Of a DNA stretch of 64,000 nucleotides, positions 40,380-53,716 are shown piece after piece. The stretch is taken from contig OX597816.1 in the NCBI GenBank assembly GCA_951406725.2, forward strand, positions 15,562,001 through 15,626,000, in the 5' to 3' direction. The stretch comes from Octopus vulgaris. Taxonomy: Eukaryota. The notes under the pieces are model-generated. The model was not told the origin of the DNA and did not search any database. It worked only from the letters and a program-made list of their open reading frames with translations. Made by a program: the position numbers and the translations under genes. The first letter of the stretch is position 1, and each line of letters begins with the position of its first letter.

Positions 40380-40787
40380 AGAGAAGGGTTCCTTACAGGG
40401 CTGTCTTAGTGCCATTATAGGACCCTGGGCAAATTAGTACACTGGGCTCTATAGTATTTGTTTATTGACTGTATACCACAGAGTACATAGATCAGAATTG
40501 GGCCCCTAGAGTCATGAGGCCCCTGGGCAACTGCCAGTGTGTCTGTTGACCAGGGATAAAAGAGTATTAATTAGTAACAGTATGCCAATCAGCTGAGTAA
40601 CCAAAGGTGTCTTAAAATATGAGCACACTGCCAGTTACCCAGGGACCCCCTCAAGGGTCTAGGAGCCTTATTCTGTGCTATCCATTTTGTGACTTACTGT
40701 CGATAAATAAATGCTTTAGGGCCCAGTGCATTTATTTGCTCTGGGTCCTGCAATGGTGCTGAGATGGCCCTGTGAGAACCTTTCTCT
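40380..40787. mobile_element. MITE-like element with ~70-bp imperfect inverted termini
   Basis: AGAGAAGGGTTCCTTACAGGGCTGTCTTAGTGCCATTATAGGACCCTGGGCAAAT... mirrored by ...ATTTGCTCTGGGTCCTGCAATGGTGCTGAGATGGCCCTGTGAGAACCTTTCTCT. Confidence 0.7.
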
Positions 40788-41734
40788 AAATGCAGTCCAG
40801 GTAGATGAAAATTACAGGTACAAGTCTAGCCTGTAATTTAAATCATGCTGATTCAGTGTGATTATTACATTAAGGATACATGTGTCTGTGGAATACTCAG
40901 CCAGTTATATGGTAATTCAAAAAGGCTCTAGTTCAGTTGGTTTGAGATCTGAACATTCATCATGAAAACTGACGTAGATCCATTTCCAGTCGTTGTATCA
41001 TGGCCCTGAGCAAAGCACCAGATTCTGCTGACTGCAGTTTGCCTGACTGAACTTTAAAATCAGGCTCTATTCTGCTTTTACGGTTGAATGGTCTGTAGCA
41101 AGAAGGACATTCAGCTGTAAAAATATTCTTTCCCCAAAATAAACTATGAGAACACACATACACGCACACAAACAAACACACACACACATGCACACACAAA
41201 ATAGTGTGGGAAGGAAATAAATATATAAATAATGTAAAACAGTGTTAAAAATAATAAATCAAACTAAACATCCCAATATAGAAATGGTATTTGAATATTT
41301 TTGGATGAGTAGGAGAAAGCCCTTATGTGTCTGCAGTTGGAAAAGGATGTGATGTCTAGTGTAAGAATTAGTAAGCCTTTAATGTGAAGGAGATTAGAAA
41401 TAGCAACAGGATGATTCGATAAAGACATTTACAAGTTCTTAAACAAGATTTAGTTGTTGCTTTATAGACATCTATTAATAGGTGTAAAAGAAGGGTATTA
41501 TTGTTGAAGATCAAAGTGGTTGGGACTTCAAGTTTTGTCTGTCAGCTTGAAAGGAGGCTGCCAATTCCTCTCTTGTCATAAATTTGACTACTCCCTCCAA
41601 TGTTCTTCTTAGTTACGCTACTGCTGATGGTAGAGGGGGCAGCAGTGGTAGTGGTGACTATATGGCTATGATTTGGGACTAAAGATTCTGTGTGCTTGTA
41701 TGACTTTATATGCCACCACAGTAATTTCATTGTG

Positions 41735-42110
41735 TTGTGTGGTAAGTAGCTTGCTTACGAACCACATGGTTCCGGGTTCAGTCCCACTGCGTGGCACCTT
41801 CGGCAAGTGTCTTCTATTATAGCCTCGGGCCGACCAAAGCCTTGTGAGTGGATTTGGTAGACGGAAACTGAGAGAAGCTCGTCGTATATATGTATGTATA
41901 TACATATATATGTGTGTGTGTATGTTTGTATGTCTGTGTTTGTCCCCCCAACATCGCTTGACAACCGATGCTGGTGTGTTTACATCCCCGTAACTTAGCG
42001 GTTCAGCAAAAGAGACTGATAGAATAAGTACTAGGCTTACAAAGAATAAGTCCTGGGTGCTCCAGCATGGCCACAGTTACATGATTGAAACAAGTAAAAG
42101 AGTAAAGAGT
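41735..42110 (+). mobile_element. SINE family B
   Basis: Matches 8507-8920 with a small deletion near the 3' end. Confidence 0.85.
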
Positions 42111-42367
42111 ATGTGCTTACTCTTGTTTTAGCTGCCAGAAACATCATTGCCCATAGAAGAAGTGTCCCAGTCTGTCCAAAGTGGAGTTTATCTCTAAAGA
42201 GGTCTCTGATATGCTTTGCTGATCTAGCAGGGGTTCTCGACTAGGATTCATATGACTTTTGGGTGTCCATGTAAGACTTTGTTGTTAAAATTCTTGTGCA
42301 ATAACTTGGTTATACTCTGACAATACACAAACATTTTTAAACAATTTCTTTTATACAATTCCTTATA

Positions 42368-42764
42368 TCTTTATATATAAAAGAGAGGTTGTGTGCTGTC
42401 TGTCTCCTACGATTTAGATTCCTAACTACTCCCACATTTTGCGGTGCAGTTTAACCAAAACCGGGTATCTTATAGTCGTGATTCATATCGAGCCCTTCTG
42501 GGTATTAGCGCTCGTCTACGATGAGTCTACGATTTAAAAAAATATTTACCATCAATTTTTCCCATTTTTAATGCATTTTTGGCATATATAAGGGAAGTAA
42601 CTCTCTAAAAATTTATTATTAAATCTCAGAACGTAAAAAGCTACAGTAACACCAGCCCCTTTGTGGTTAGCCATATTGAGATGGCTATTATACTTTACAT
42701 CTCTAAAAATGCTTATATAGTTATTTCCCTTACAAACCCGAGCAACGCCTAGCGATACTGCTAG
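42368..42764 (+). mobile_element. Non-autonomous Helitron
   Basis: 5' TC after A; 3' subterminal CCCGAGCAACGCCTAGCG (decayed hairpin) then CTAG followed by T; no TSD. Confidence 0.75.
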
Positions 42765-43045
42765 TTTAATTATAAAAATATAATAGGACCAGGTTCCAGT
42801 CATCTGTTTTGACATGATTTCTACAGGCTGGATGCCCTTCCTAACACCAACTATTTAACGGCATGGGCTGGGTAATCTTTACATGTCACCAACAAATGCA
42901 AGGGAAATACAAACTCAGTCTTACACACTCACATGTATATGTTTTCATCTACCAAATCTGTTGACATAGTTTAGGTTGACCCATGGTTACAGTAGAAAAC
43001 ACATGCCCAAGGTGCAATGCAATGGGACTGAACCTGAAACCACAT

Positions 43046-43447
43046 AGGCGCAGGAGTGGCTGTGTGGTAAGTAGCTTGCTAACCAACCACATGGTTCCGG
43101 GTTCAGTCCCACTGCGTGGCATCTTGGGCAAGTGTCTTCTGCTATAGCCCCGGGCCGACCAATGCCTTTTGAGTGGATTTGGTAGACGGAAACTGAAAGA
43201 AGCCTGTCGTATATATGTATATATGTATATATATGTGTGTGTGTTTGTGTGTCTGTGTTTGTCCCCCTAGCATTGCTTGACAACCGATGCTGGTGTGTTT
43301 ACATCCCCGTCACTTAGTGGTTCGGCAAAAGAGACTGATAGAATAAGTACTGGGCTTACAAAGAATAAGTCCCGGGGTCGATTTGCTCGACTAAAGGCGG
43401 TGCTCCAGCATGGCCACAGTCAAATGACTGAAACAAGTAAAAGAGTA
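43046..43447 (+). mobile_element. SINE family B, young copy nested in an older antisense copy
   Basis: Near-identical to 8507-8920. The flanks (42945-43045 and 43448-43490) are the two halves of a decayed minus-strand copy. Confidence 0.85.
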
Positions 43448-45289
43448 TAGTTGGAAAGCAAACTTCTTAATCACACTGCCATGCCGGCACACGTATTGGT
43501 AATTAATAATTCAATTAAACCTAGGAAAGCAACAGACTAAATGAATTTTGACTTCGTTATGAACTGTTGAAAATGAATTAGTTTAATGTTTGATGAACAA
43601 TCACTCTGATAACATTCTGCCTGGTTGTTTAAATGATGTTAAATTTGACTGACTAAGATGAAAAATTAAACCTGTCACAACTAAGCCATCTTTTTTCATG
43701 GTTCCGTACTCCGAGAGATTATGTGGTAAAAACATTCTGTAAATAATCCCTTTATTCAATTAATACACATGCACAAAGCACATGGTGTTCTTGTGCATGC
43801 ACATATCTGTCTGCACTTGCTTGTATTTCGTGTGTGTGTGTTAGGAAGTGTGTATGCAAATTTTACTGATCTCACTAATTTTATCTCTCTTCTTTGCACA
43901 AACATGCGTATGTACAATTTTATTTAAATATATCTATGCAAATGCCTATCAGAAAGAACAATAATGGTGGTGGTAGTAGTAATTACAATAATAGTTGTAG
44001 TAGTAGTAATAGTAATAATAATAATGATAATATTTAACAATATTTACAATAATTGCAATAATATCTATGATAATAATTATAGAAGTATTTGTAATAATGA
44101 TTCTTTTGTTTACCATTGAGAGGAAAGACAAAGAAATTTGGGATGAGTAAAATACAATGCGCACATGTTATAATTATGGTTATGAAGAGATGTTGATAAT
44201 GATTAAAACTGAATGGTTTTCGGTATCAGGCGTAAATGTGAGAAAGATATTACAGGCTGATAAATAAAATGGCTACTAGAAAATATCAGTGTTTGAATAA
44301 ATAAATATAGGAAATATATAGCATTTAAATATTTATTATATGTACATGCATAAGGGGTGCGTGCGTGGGAGAAGGGAAATGTTGAGTAATTGTGTCATCA
44401 TCATCATCATCGTTTAGCGTCCGCTTTCCATGCTGGCATGGGTTGGATGGTGCAACTGGGGTCTGGGAAGCCTGAAGGCTGCACCAGGCTCCAGTCTGAT
44501 CTGGCAATGTTTCTATGGCTGGATGCCCTTCCTATCACCAACCACTCCATGAGTGTAGTGAGTGCTTTTTACGTGCTACCGGCACAGGTGCCAGACGAGG
44601 CTGGCAAACGACCACGGTCGAATGGTGCTTTTTACGTGCCACCGGCATGGAGGCCAGGTGAGGCTGGCATAGATTAATATCAGGTAACTGACACAAGCGT
44701 GGCTGTGTGATGAAGATACCTGCTTCCCAGCCTTGTGGCTTTAAATTCAGTCCTAGAACATAAATGGAAACACATACATGACTCGCATGCATGCACATAC
44801 ACAAATATAACAGGCTTCTTTCATTTTCCATCTACCATGTCCACTTACGAGGCTTCGATTAGCTCAGTGCTATTGTAGAAAACACTTGCCGAATGGTGCC
44901 ACACAGTGAGACTGAACCCCAAACCACATGGATGGAAAGAAACTTCTCAACCACAAAGCTATGCTTATACCTTTACTCAATATTATAATTTCCTGTTCCC
45001 TTGTCATTCATTTAATTTCTTATGTTCTGTACTCAACTGAAGCATTTTAGCATCACTATATTTAAGTGAAACATATCATCATCCTCATCATCATACATTC
45101 GGTTTTCCAAGCAGACATGGGTTTCGTGGTTTAACAGGAGCTGATAAGGCCAGAAGCTATATCAGGCTCCATTGTCTGTTTGGCTTGATTTCACGCTTTA
45201 CAGAGTGAACTGGAGGCTTTTTATATGGCACCAGCACCAACTGGATCACCAAGTATTTTGCAAGACCCATATATTTATATATATCTATC

Positions 45290-45355
<66 letters not shown>

Positions 45356-45357
45356 TG

Positions 45358-45483
45358 CATACAAAATTTAGAGGAATGACCACTAAAGTGGACACCCTAT
45401 ATGCTAAACATAGACGTCAAATCGCCATTACCATGAAGAAATTCGGTGTCCACTTTAGTGGTCATTCCTCTAAATTTTGTATG
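45358..45483. repeat. Perfect 39-bp inverted repeat with a 48-bp spacer
   Basis: CATACAAAATTTAGAGGAATGACCACTAAAGTGGACACC (45358-45396) and its exact reverse complement (45445-45483). Confidence 0.9.
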
Positions 45484-46661
45484 TATCACAGTTTTTAATC
45501 TTCGGATTTTTTAAATATGCTAAGCCACTGGTTCTAATTGATTAACATCAATTTCTACCCTTATTATTTAATTATATATATATTACCAATGCCAGCATGG
45601 ACAACAAACATTAAATAACGATGATGATATACATATATATATATATATATATATTAAAATATTAGGGAATAAATCCAAATTTACAGGGAAAAATCAGATT
45701 TAGGATTGAATCCAATTTTATAGTAAAATATTATATAATATTAATTAGAGACCACTATTTTGATTTACAAAATAGTGGTTTTGTCTCTAATTAATATTAT
45801 ATATATATATATATAGACACACACAGACAGAAGCATGTATTGATAAATACTTGTATATATGTGTGTGTGTGTGTGTGTATACATCATCATCATCATCATT
45901 TAACGTCCGCTTTCCATGCTGGCATGAGTTGGACGGTTCAACTGGGGTCTGGGAAGCCAGAAGGCTGCAACAGGCCCAGTCTGATCTGGCAGTGTTTCTA
46001 CAGCTGGATGCCCTTCTGAATGCCAACCACTCCGTGAGTGTAGTGGGTGCTTTTTACGTGCCACCGGCAAAGGTGCCAGACGAGGCTGGCAAACGGCCAT
46101 GATCAGATGGTGCTTTTTATGTGCCACCGGCACAGGGACCAGACAAACATGGCAACGGCCACAATCGATGGTGCTTTTTACGTGCCACCGGCATGGAGGC
46201 CAGTCGGGCGGCGCTGGCTACGGCCACGTTCGGATGGTTCTCTTACATGCAGCCGGCACTGGTATCACAGCTACAAATTCCATTGATGTTGATAGATTAC
46301 GATTTTGATTTTCACTTGCATATGTATATACATATATGTGTGTGTGTGTGTGTATGTTTGTATGTAAGTACATGCACTTATACATATATGTGTGAGTGTA
46401 TCGGCGAGGGATGGCATGTTCATGTGCTGCTTTCAAGAATAAGAATGCTTTGTTGTATATGTTCCTTTCCGGTTACTTCCCTTTGTACTTTAGTTGACTT
46501 TTTCTCTTTTTTTTCTTTTACAAAGCTGATAAAATGAATATCAAATATTACAGTTGAGTGAATATAAGCAGTTAAAAATCTTTTTGAAGGCAGAACTCAA
46601 GCATGACAGCAGTCAAATAACTGAAACTAATTAAAGAATATATAAATTTTTGTATACTTCT

Positions 46662-46699
<38 letters not shown>

Positions 46700-46718
46700 A
46701 TGTTTATATGTATGTGTG

Positions 46719-46753
<35 letters not shown>

Positions 46754-46863
46754 ATATATATATATATATATGTATGTATGTGTATATAGATGTGTATACA
46801 GATACTGTGCAAATGTTCATGTGTACATACATATGCATGTGTGTATATATATGTGTGTGTTTG

Positions 46864-46896
<33 letters not shown>

Positions 46897-47760
46897 ACAT
46901 ACATATACACGTGTATATATATGTATATATGAATGTATATATACATGTACATTTGTGTGTGTATACATATATAAATGTACATGTATGTGTATATATATAT
47001 ATATATGAATGTATATTTGTGTGTGTGTGCGTGCATACACACACATACGTACAAGATTTAGGAATGTGATCAGATAAGGAAATGTTGTAGTAGTAACTAA
47101 TAAACTCTCCCTAGATGCAAGCAGTACTGTTATTTTCCATTTATATATTCAATAATTAAATGTGTGCATATATACATATATTTGTATGCATACAGCTGTA
47201 TATAGATATAATAATATAGTCTATTCTTATATTGTATATTAAATTTCATTGCGGTACCCCAGAATGTCCTCGGCCTATGGCTGAAACCAATAAAAGAATG
47301 AAATTAAGATATTTTATATTTAAATAATGATAGTTCTTTAAATCGTATGGCAGAATAACTCACTCAAGACACCTTTCTCTCAATGAAAGAAATAAATAAA
47401 TACATTCCTTTGGGTAAACAATAAAATCACACAGATTAGACATGACAAAGCCTATTTATTACAGCCTGAAATTGGCTTAAGTTTTATTGTTTTATAATAG
47501 ATGGAGTTTTCGCTAGGGTTTTGCTGAAGTCAGTTCCAAATTGTTGTGTACCAAATTAGCTATATATGTTGCGTGTTACAAGGAGAATTTCTACATGTGT
47601 GCCAATGTTTTTATAACAGGACAGATATCTAGACTAGATCTTTGTGAAGAAAAAAGAAGAAGCTGGCCAACAGTCGAAGCGTAGGCTGTTGGCAGTTTGT
47701 ATGAGACATTGTATTTGTATGATGTCTGTAAGAGATGGATGTAGCCAGCCACATCTGTAA

Positions 47761-48168
47761 CCCTTCAGCACTCAGATTGGTCTGTTTAGTGTAATACTTA
47801 TTTATTCACATTGTTTTGAATTTATTATGCTTTGTCTCATAACTTTGAGACTTTGATGGTGTGATGGTTTGTTTTTGGAATGACATTGCAGGATAGGTAT
47901 AAGTGGCTGGATCTGGCCAGTTTGAACATAAATGAATTAAGATATTTTGGCCAGATCTGGTTGGCTTCAATGTTAAAGGGTTAACCCTTTCGTTGCCAAC
48001 CTGGCTGAAACCACCTCTGGCTTTGTAGTACAAATGTCTTGTTTTCATCAGTTTTGAATTAGTCATAATTTATGTTCCTAACACTAAGTTATTTTACTAT
48101 AGTCTTTGTTGTATTTAAAGTAATTGAAACAAACAGAGCATCTTCACAGAAATACAGTAACAAAAGGG
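47761..48168. mobile_element. Two tandem piggyBac-like MITEs sharing a TTAA at 47981-47984
   Basis: (G)TAA-CCCTT...AAAGGG-TTAA-CCCTTTCGTTG...TAACAAAAGGG-TTAA termini. Confidence 0.7.
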
Positions 48169-48558
48169 TTAAACTAGCACAGTGTGAAGGTTTCCGGATA
48201 GCACTAAGCTAGCATAATGGGAAGGGTTTTGGATTGCATTAACAAAGAAGAGTGGTTGGCAGTGGTTGAATTCTTGGCAGTCCTTATGTAGTGTTGTACA
48301 CAATCATCATCATTCTCATCATCGTTTAACGTTCATTTTCCATACTGGCATGGGTTGGACGATTTGACTGGGGACTGGCAAGCCAGGAGGCCACACCAGG
48401 CTCCAATCTGATCTGGTAATGTTTCTACAGCTGGATGCCCTTCTTAACACCAACCACTCCGAGAGTGTAGTAGGTGCTTTTTACATGCCACCAGTACAGG
48501 AGCCAGTCAGGTGGCACTGGCATCAGCCACGTTCAGGTGGTACTTTTTATGTGCTATC

Positions 48559-48594
<36 letters not shown>

Positions 48595-50063
48595 AGTAGT
48601 AGTAGTAGTAGGCATCCATAAGTCTTGAGAGGCCATGGATCTGTGCCCAAAAAAACCACATCAGCTGCTGATGGTGGTCAGCATCTGTTGTAGCTGCTCA
48701 GGCCCACAGTGGAGTGGCAGTCAGACATATAATGACCACATTTGAAAGAGCTCTCTGCCAGTGCTACTGATTTTTCCTTCCATTGAATGTGCTTTTCTTT
48801 GATGGTGAGTTCCTGTTTTTCTCATATATATATATATATATACACATATATATATATAAGTGGGGTGTGTTTGTGTGTGTACATGTAAATATATATTTGT
48901 TCACAGAGAAGTGCTCTGCACTTCACTATTTTTTCAGCACACTCACCTCCCTTAATTGCTGATTAGGTCACTTCAGTAACAGAAGCTGCTGACTCCTTAT
49001 CTGCGCAAGCATTTGAAAGAACATATTTCATTGGTGCTTTGATTGTTAACTACTCCTGTACATCTGCCACATGCAAAGTTTTTCACTATCACCTTGCCAT
49101 TGATCTCATTGCATCTCTTATGTACCATGTGGCATACACTGTATGGGGTCTCCATCTACTTTGTTTTGTGTATCAAACCTGTCTACTTCTGGAAGACAAC
49201 TGAATTCTGTCTTCTCTATTGATGTCTAAAAATCTTTCAACATCATCACCATCATCTTTATCCTTTAACGTTCACATTAATCCATGCTTGTATGATCAGA
49301 GGGAATTTGTTAAATCAGGTTTTCTACAGCCTGATATCCTTCTCATCACCAACCCTCACCTGTTTCCAAGCAAGGTAATATTTCCCTGTGACCACATGTC
49401 TTTTTCATAAGAAACTGGAAATGAACAACCTCACTTGTATAACAATGATGCTCATTCACAACTATTATATGATGCCTAGACAAGGGTGCACACACACACA
49501 TATAATGGGCTTCCTACAGTTAATATCTATTAGATTCATTCACAAGGCTATGGTAGGCCTAGGGCTATAATATATTTCTTTACTACCCACAAGGGGTTAA
49601 ACACAGAGGGGACAAACAAGGACAGACAAACAGATTAAGTCGATTACATTGACCCCAGTGCGTAACTGGTACTTAATTTATCGACCCCGAAAGGATGAAA
49701 GGCAAAGTCGACCTCGGCGGAATTTGAACTCAGAACGTAGCGGCAGACAAAATATGGCTACGCATTTCGCCTGGATTGCTAACGTTTCTGCCAGCTCGCC
49801 ACCTTGCTATAATAGAAGACACTTGTCCAAGGTGCTGCACAGTAGGACTGAACCCAAGACTGCTTGATGTGGAAGCAAGCTCCTTAACAACACAGCCCTG
49901 CCTGCACCTTTATTTCTATGTAAAAGCCTTTATCTTTACCAAATTTACTTCTAAACCCCATTCGTTCACATCTGCAATGAGACATGTTGTAGTTAGATAT
50001 AATTGACTTTGCACGTACTATATACAATTATGCATGCACCTGGGTACAAGTGTGTATTCACAA

Positions 50064-50102
<39 letters not shown>

Positions 50103-50519
50103 CTATACACATATGAAAGGCTAAGAAATATATTCACAGACTACATTATAGTACCATTAGAATTTCTTTGTAAATTACTCCCTCGCCCCCACCCTTTCTC
50201 CCCCCTCAAAAATTTAACTATTGCTTTGACAGTTTCTTCTTTGAATTGAATTTAAATTACACTCAACACAGTTCTTGTATTTGCCGTTTATTCTTTTGTT
50301 ATTTTTTCTCAAGCACTATCATCTAGTCTCAACATATCAATGATAATAAGCTGGCAGATTTCTTCCTTCAGTATCACATTACCATATTTTTTGTTACTGC
50401 CATCCTTTTCTTCTTCTTCTTCTTCAGTACACCAGATTCTTCTAACTGTCTTATTTATACACTGTTGCATTATTAATATATTCTGGTGCTGATGTCAGAA
50501 CCAGACACTCTCTCTCTCG

Positions 50520-50529
50520 CTGACGTCAG
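50520..50529. promoter_or_regulatory. Full palindromic CRE (CTGACGTCAG)
   Basis: Perfect TGACGTCA with intact CpG in otherwise CpG-depleted DNA; CTGATGTCAG variant at 50489-50498. Confidence 0.4.
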
Positions 50530-51000
50530 TTAGTAGAAGATATTATTCTAGTACCAATGTCGCCCAGGTGCTAACAGCTATATTTTACTTATTCATTTCT
50601 TGAATTTCTTTGTTCACCAATGCACACCTTTATTTCATTTGCATTTACATAGTTTTATCATACTGAAAATAGAGAAAACATTATTATCATCTATCTCTAA
50701 GACTCTCCATGTGTGACCGACTGATTTCAAATATATTCATAATACAATTGCTCAGATAACATGTTTTTATTATAGACATTTGGAAAAGAGAACGTACAAA
50801 AAAAAATTAAATAAATACAGCTAGGCACAGGTAACCATGTGGCTGTGTGGTAAGAAATTTTCTTTCTCAGCCACATGGTTCTGAGTTTAGTTCCACTGCA
50901 TGGCACCTTGGGCAAGTGTCTTCTTCCATATCCTTAGACTGACTGAAGCTTGTAAATAGATTTGGTCGATGGAAACTGAAAGAAGCTCAATATGCATATA

Positions 51001-51247
51001 CAGGGTTGGCCAACAGTCACCTGACAGTAAATCAAAATTCCATAAATACTTAATATGCAATTTTATTTATTCATTCCAATTATGAATGTTTAATAATTCA
51101 ATGCTGTGAGTTAAAATCACCGCTTTTCTTTTTTTTTTTTTCAACATTTGTCTATTTATTAGCGAAGACTCATAAAATAATTTTTTGTTTTAATCTTAGT
51201 ATTAGATGGGTTTTGATTTCTTGTCAGGTGACTTCTGGCCAACCCTG
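51001..51247. mobile_element. Tc1/mariner-type MITE
   Basis: ~26-bp TIRs CAGGGTTGGCCAACAGTCACCTGACA / TGTCAGGTGACTTCTGGCCAACCCTG; TA at the left flank; a partial copy of the same end starts at ~13106. Confidence 0.8.
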
Positions 51248-51467
51248 TGTGTGTGTGTATGTATGTATGTACGTGTGTGTGTGTATATATATATATATAT
51301 GTGTGTGTATATATATATGTGTGTGTGTGTATATATATATATGTGGGTGTGTGTATATATATGTGTGTGTGTGTGTATATATATATGTGTGTGTATGTGT
51401 ATATATATATATGTGTGTGTGTGTATATATATGTGTGTGTGTATATATATATGTTTGTGTGTATGTG

Positions 51468-51508
<41 letters not shown>

Positions 51509-52679
51509 TGGTTGTCTATAATTCTTATTACCCTAATCCATATGTTATAGAGTTGTTCCTTCAATTACAGGTGTAGTCTGTCTTGATAAATCTCCACCCT
51601 GTTTCCATCTGTCCCATCTACCCAGTTTAACTGTCAGGGTGTAGGTTGAGTTGAGACTATGATAAATGACACTTGTCTCAGATGCCACTTAGTGGGATTG
51701 AACTCACAACATTTGGATGACAAAGCAAACTAAATGGCAGCTTGGCTATGCCTATGTGTGCATCACATGCTACACACACACATACACATCACATATATAT
51801 ACACCACACACATATACGCCACACATACACCACACACATATACACCACACATACATCACACACACACACACACATATATACACCACACACATATACGCCA
51901 CACATACACCACACACATATACACCACACATACATCACACACACACACACATATATACACCACACACATATATGCCACACATACACCACACACATACATA
52001 CACACATACACCACACACATACATACACACATACACCACACACACACCATACACACATGCACACACACACACACACATTTATTCAAAGCTGAGGTTGCTC
52101 TAGATCCCTACTCTCAGCTTCCTGTTGCTACAATGTTCCTCAAGGGTCAGTCTCATTATAGGCAGTGTCCTAGTTTAGGATGCAAAAATAAAAAGTGACA
52201 GGAAGGAAATATGACAGAAGGGAAAGTGAAAAATAAAAAAAACAGAATTGACAACAATAAAATAAAGAAGAAATGAAAGTGATAGAAATAAACACAAAAG
52301 CTTGTAATGTTTTGAAATGGAAAAATATTTTAAAATTAAAATATAATTTTCATTTATACAACAAATCATAATTGTAGATATGTCTTCCCAATTGATTACT
52401 GAAATTCATTGTACTACTTGCCGGCTTATCGAGATACAATTGAAACAATGGCTTTGCTTCTTCTGCATTGTCATTTGCTATTTTGTTTAGTTTTGTTTAT
52501 TTTTATGTCTTTTGTTTTTGTTTTTGCTACTGTTCAATTACCTTTAATTACCTGTTTGCAATTCTATCATCTGGATCAACGAAAATTCTATGAATGTTTT
52601 ATAACTTCATGGATATAATTTTCATCAGATAATCCTATACCAGGATTCATGTTTATTGTACCTTTAAGTGTGTCAGTGA

Positions 52680-53285
52680 AAGTGAGAGATGGTAAATCAC
52701 TGAAGGTAGTTGAAAATTTCAAATCCCTTGGTGCCCGGTCACCAAAGTACTGAAAAATACATCGTAGCAAGGAAAGCTCTTGCCTGGAGCACATGCCATA
52801 AACTAAGATAGGTATGGAGTTCAAAGTTAGCAAGGAAATTGAAAGTGAGGTTGTTTCTGGCCACAGTTAAGTCTGTTCTTCTATACGGGGCTGAAACATG
52901 GATGCTCACTAAAGCATTGAAGAAGCAGTTGGAGGGTTGCTATATGAGGATGCTTAGAATGGCACTCAATGTCTCCTGGAAGAATCATACAACAAATGCC
53001 GACTTATACCAGGGACTATCAAAAGTAACATTGAAGATATAGCATATAAGGTTGAAGCTAGCTGGACACTGCATCAGACATACCGATGATATTGCTACAA
53101 GCTAGTGATCTGGCAACCAGCAGAAGGAAGAACCAAGAGGGGAGGGAAGAAGTTGACCTATATAGACAACTTGCTGGAGGATACTGGTATGGAATGGGTA
53201 CAGGAGCTGAAGACCATTATGGAAGATCAAGACGAATGGGGAAAACGTGTGGAAACAGTCTTGGGGTGTCTTGTGGGTTGACCTA
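52680..53285 (+). mobile_element. 5'-truncated RTE-clade LINE, C-terminal ORF remnant
   Basis: KVRLFLATVKSVLLYGAETWMLTKALKKQLEGCYMRMLRMALNVSW...RLKLAGHCIRH; LLYG.ETW and L...GH..R motifs of RTE ORFs; stops and frameshifts. Confidence 0.85.
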
Positions 53286-53309
53286 GATAGATAGATAGAT
53301 ATATATGTT

Positions 53310-53716
53310 TCTGTATTGGCCACACAGGGCTGAACACAGAGGGGACAAAATACAAAGTAGAGTTTTTCTTTTTGGGAAGGAAAAAAGGGTGGGTAGAATT
53401 TGGATCAAAAGGGATCGTGGGGGAAAAAAAAATGGCCGATCAATAGGGATTGTGTATCACAGAAATGTCATAATGTAAAAAGGGGGAACAGATTAGGTTT
53501 ATCTGTGGAAACAAAAGCCTACAGAAAAGACCACAGTAACTTTGGGCAATAATGTCATGCAAAAAAACACATTACAGTAATTGACTCTCTCTTTTCCTTT
53601 TTTTTTTTGGTTCATAGGATTATGCTCAAGCTGGCTACATCATTTACACATGCCATCCTTGCTACATTCACTAGACAAAACTTTCCTCTCTACTCTCACC
53701 TTCCTCTTTAAGTGAT
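53310..53716 (-). mobile_element. 3' end of a Tx1/L1-like LINE
   Basis: Minus-strand HLKRKVRVERKVLS...VARMA remnant plus a 3'UTR ending GTCCCCTCTGTGTTCAGCCCTGTGTGGCCAATA; shorter copy at 13965-14095; related decayed coding pieces at ~19150-19380. Clade assignment is tentative. Confidence 0.5.
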
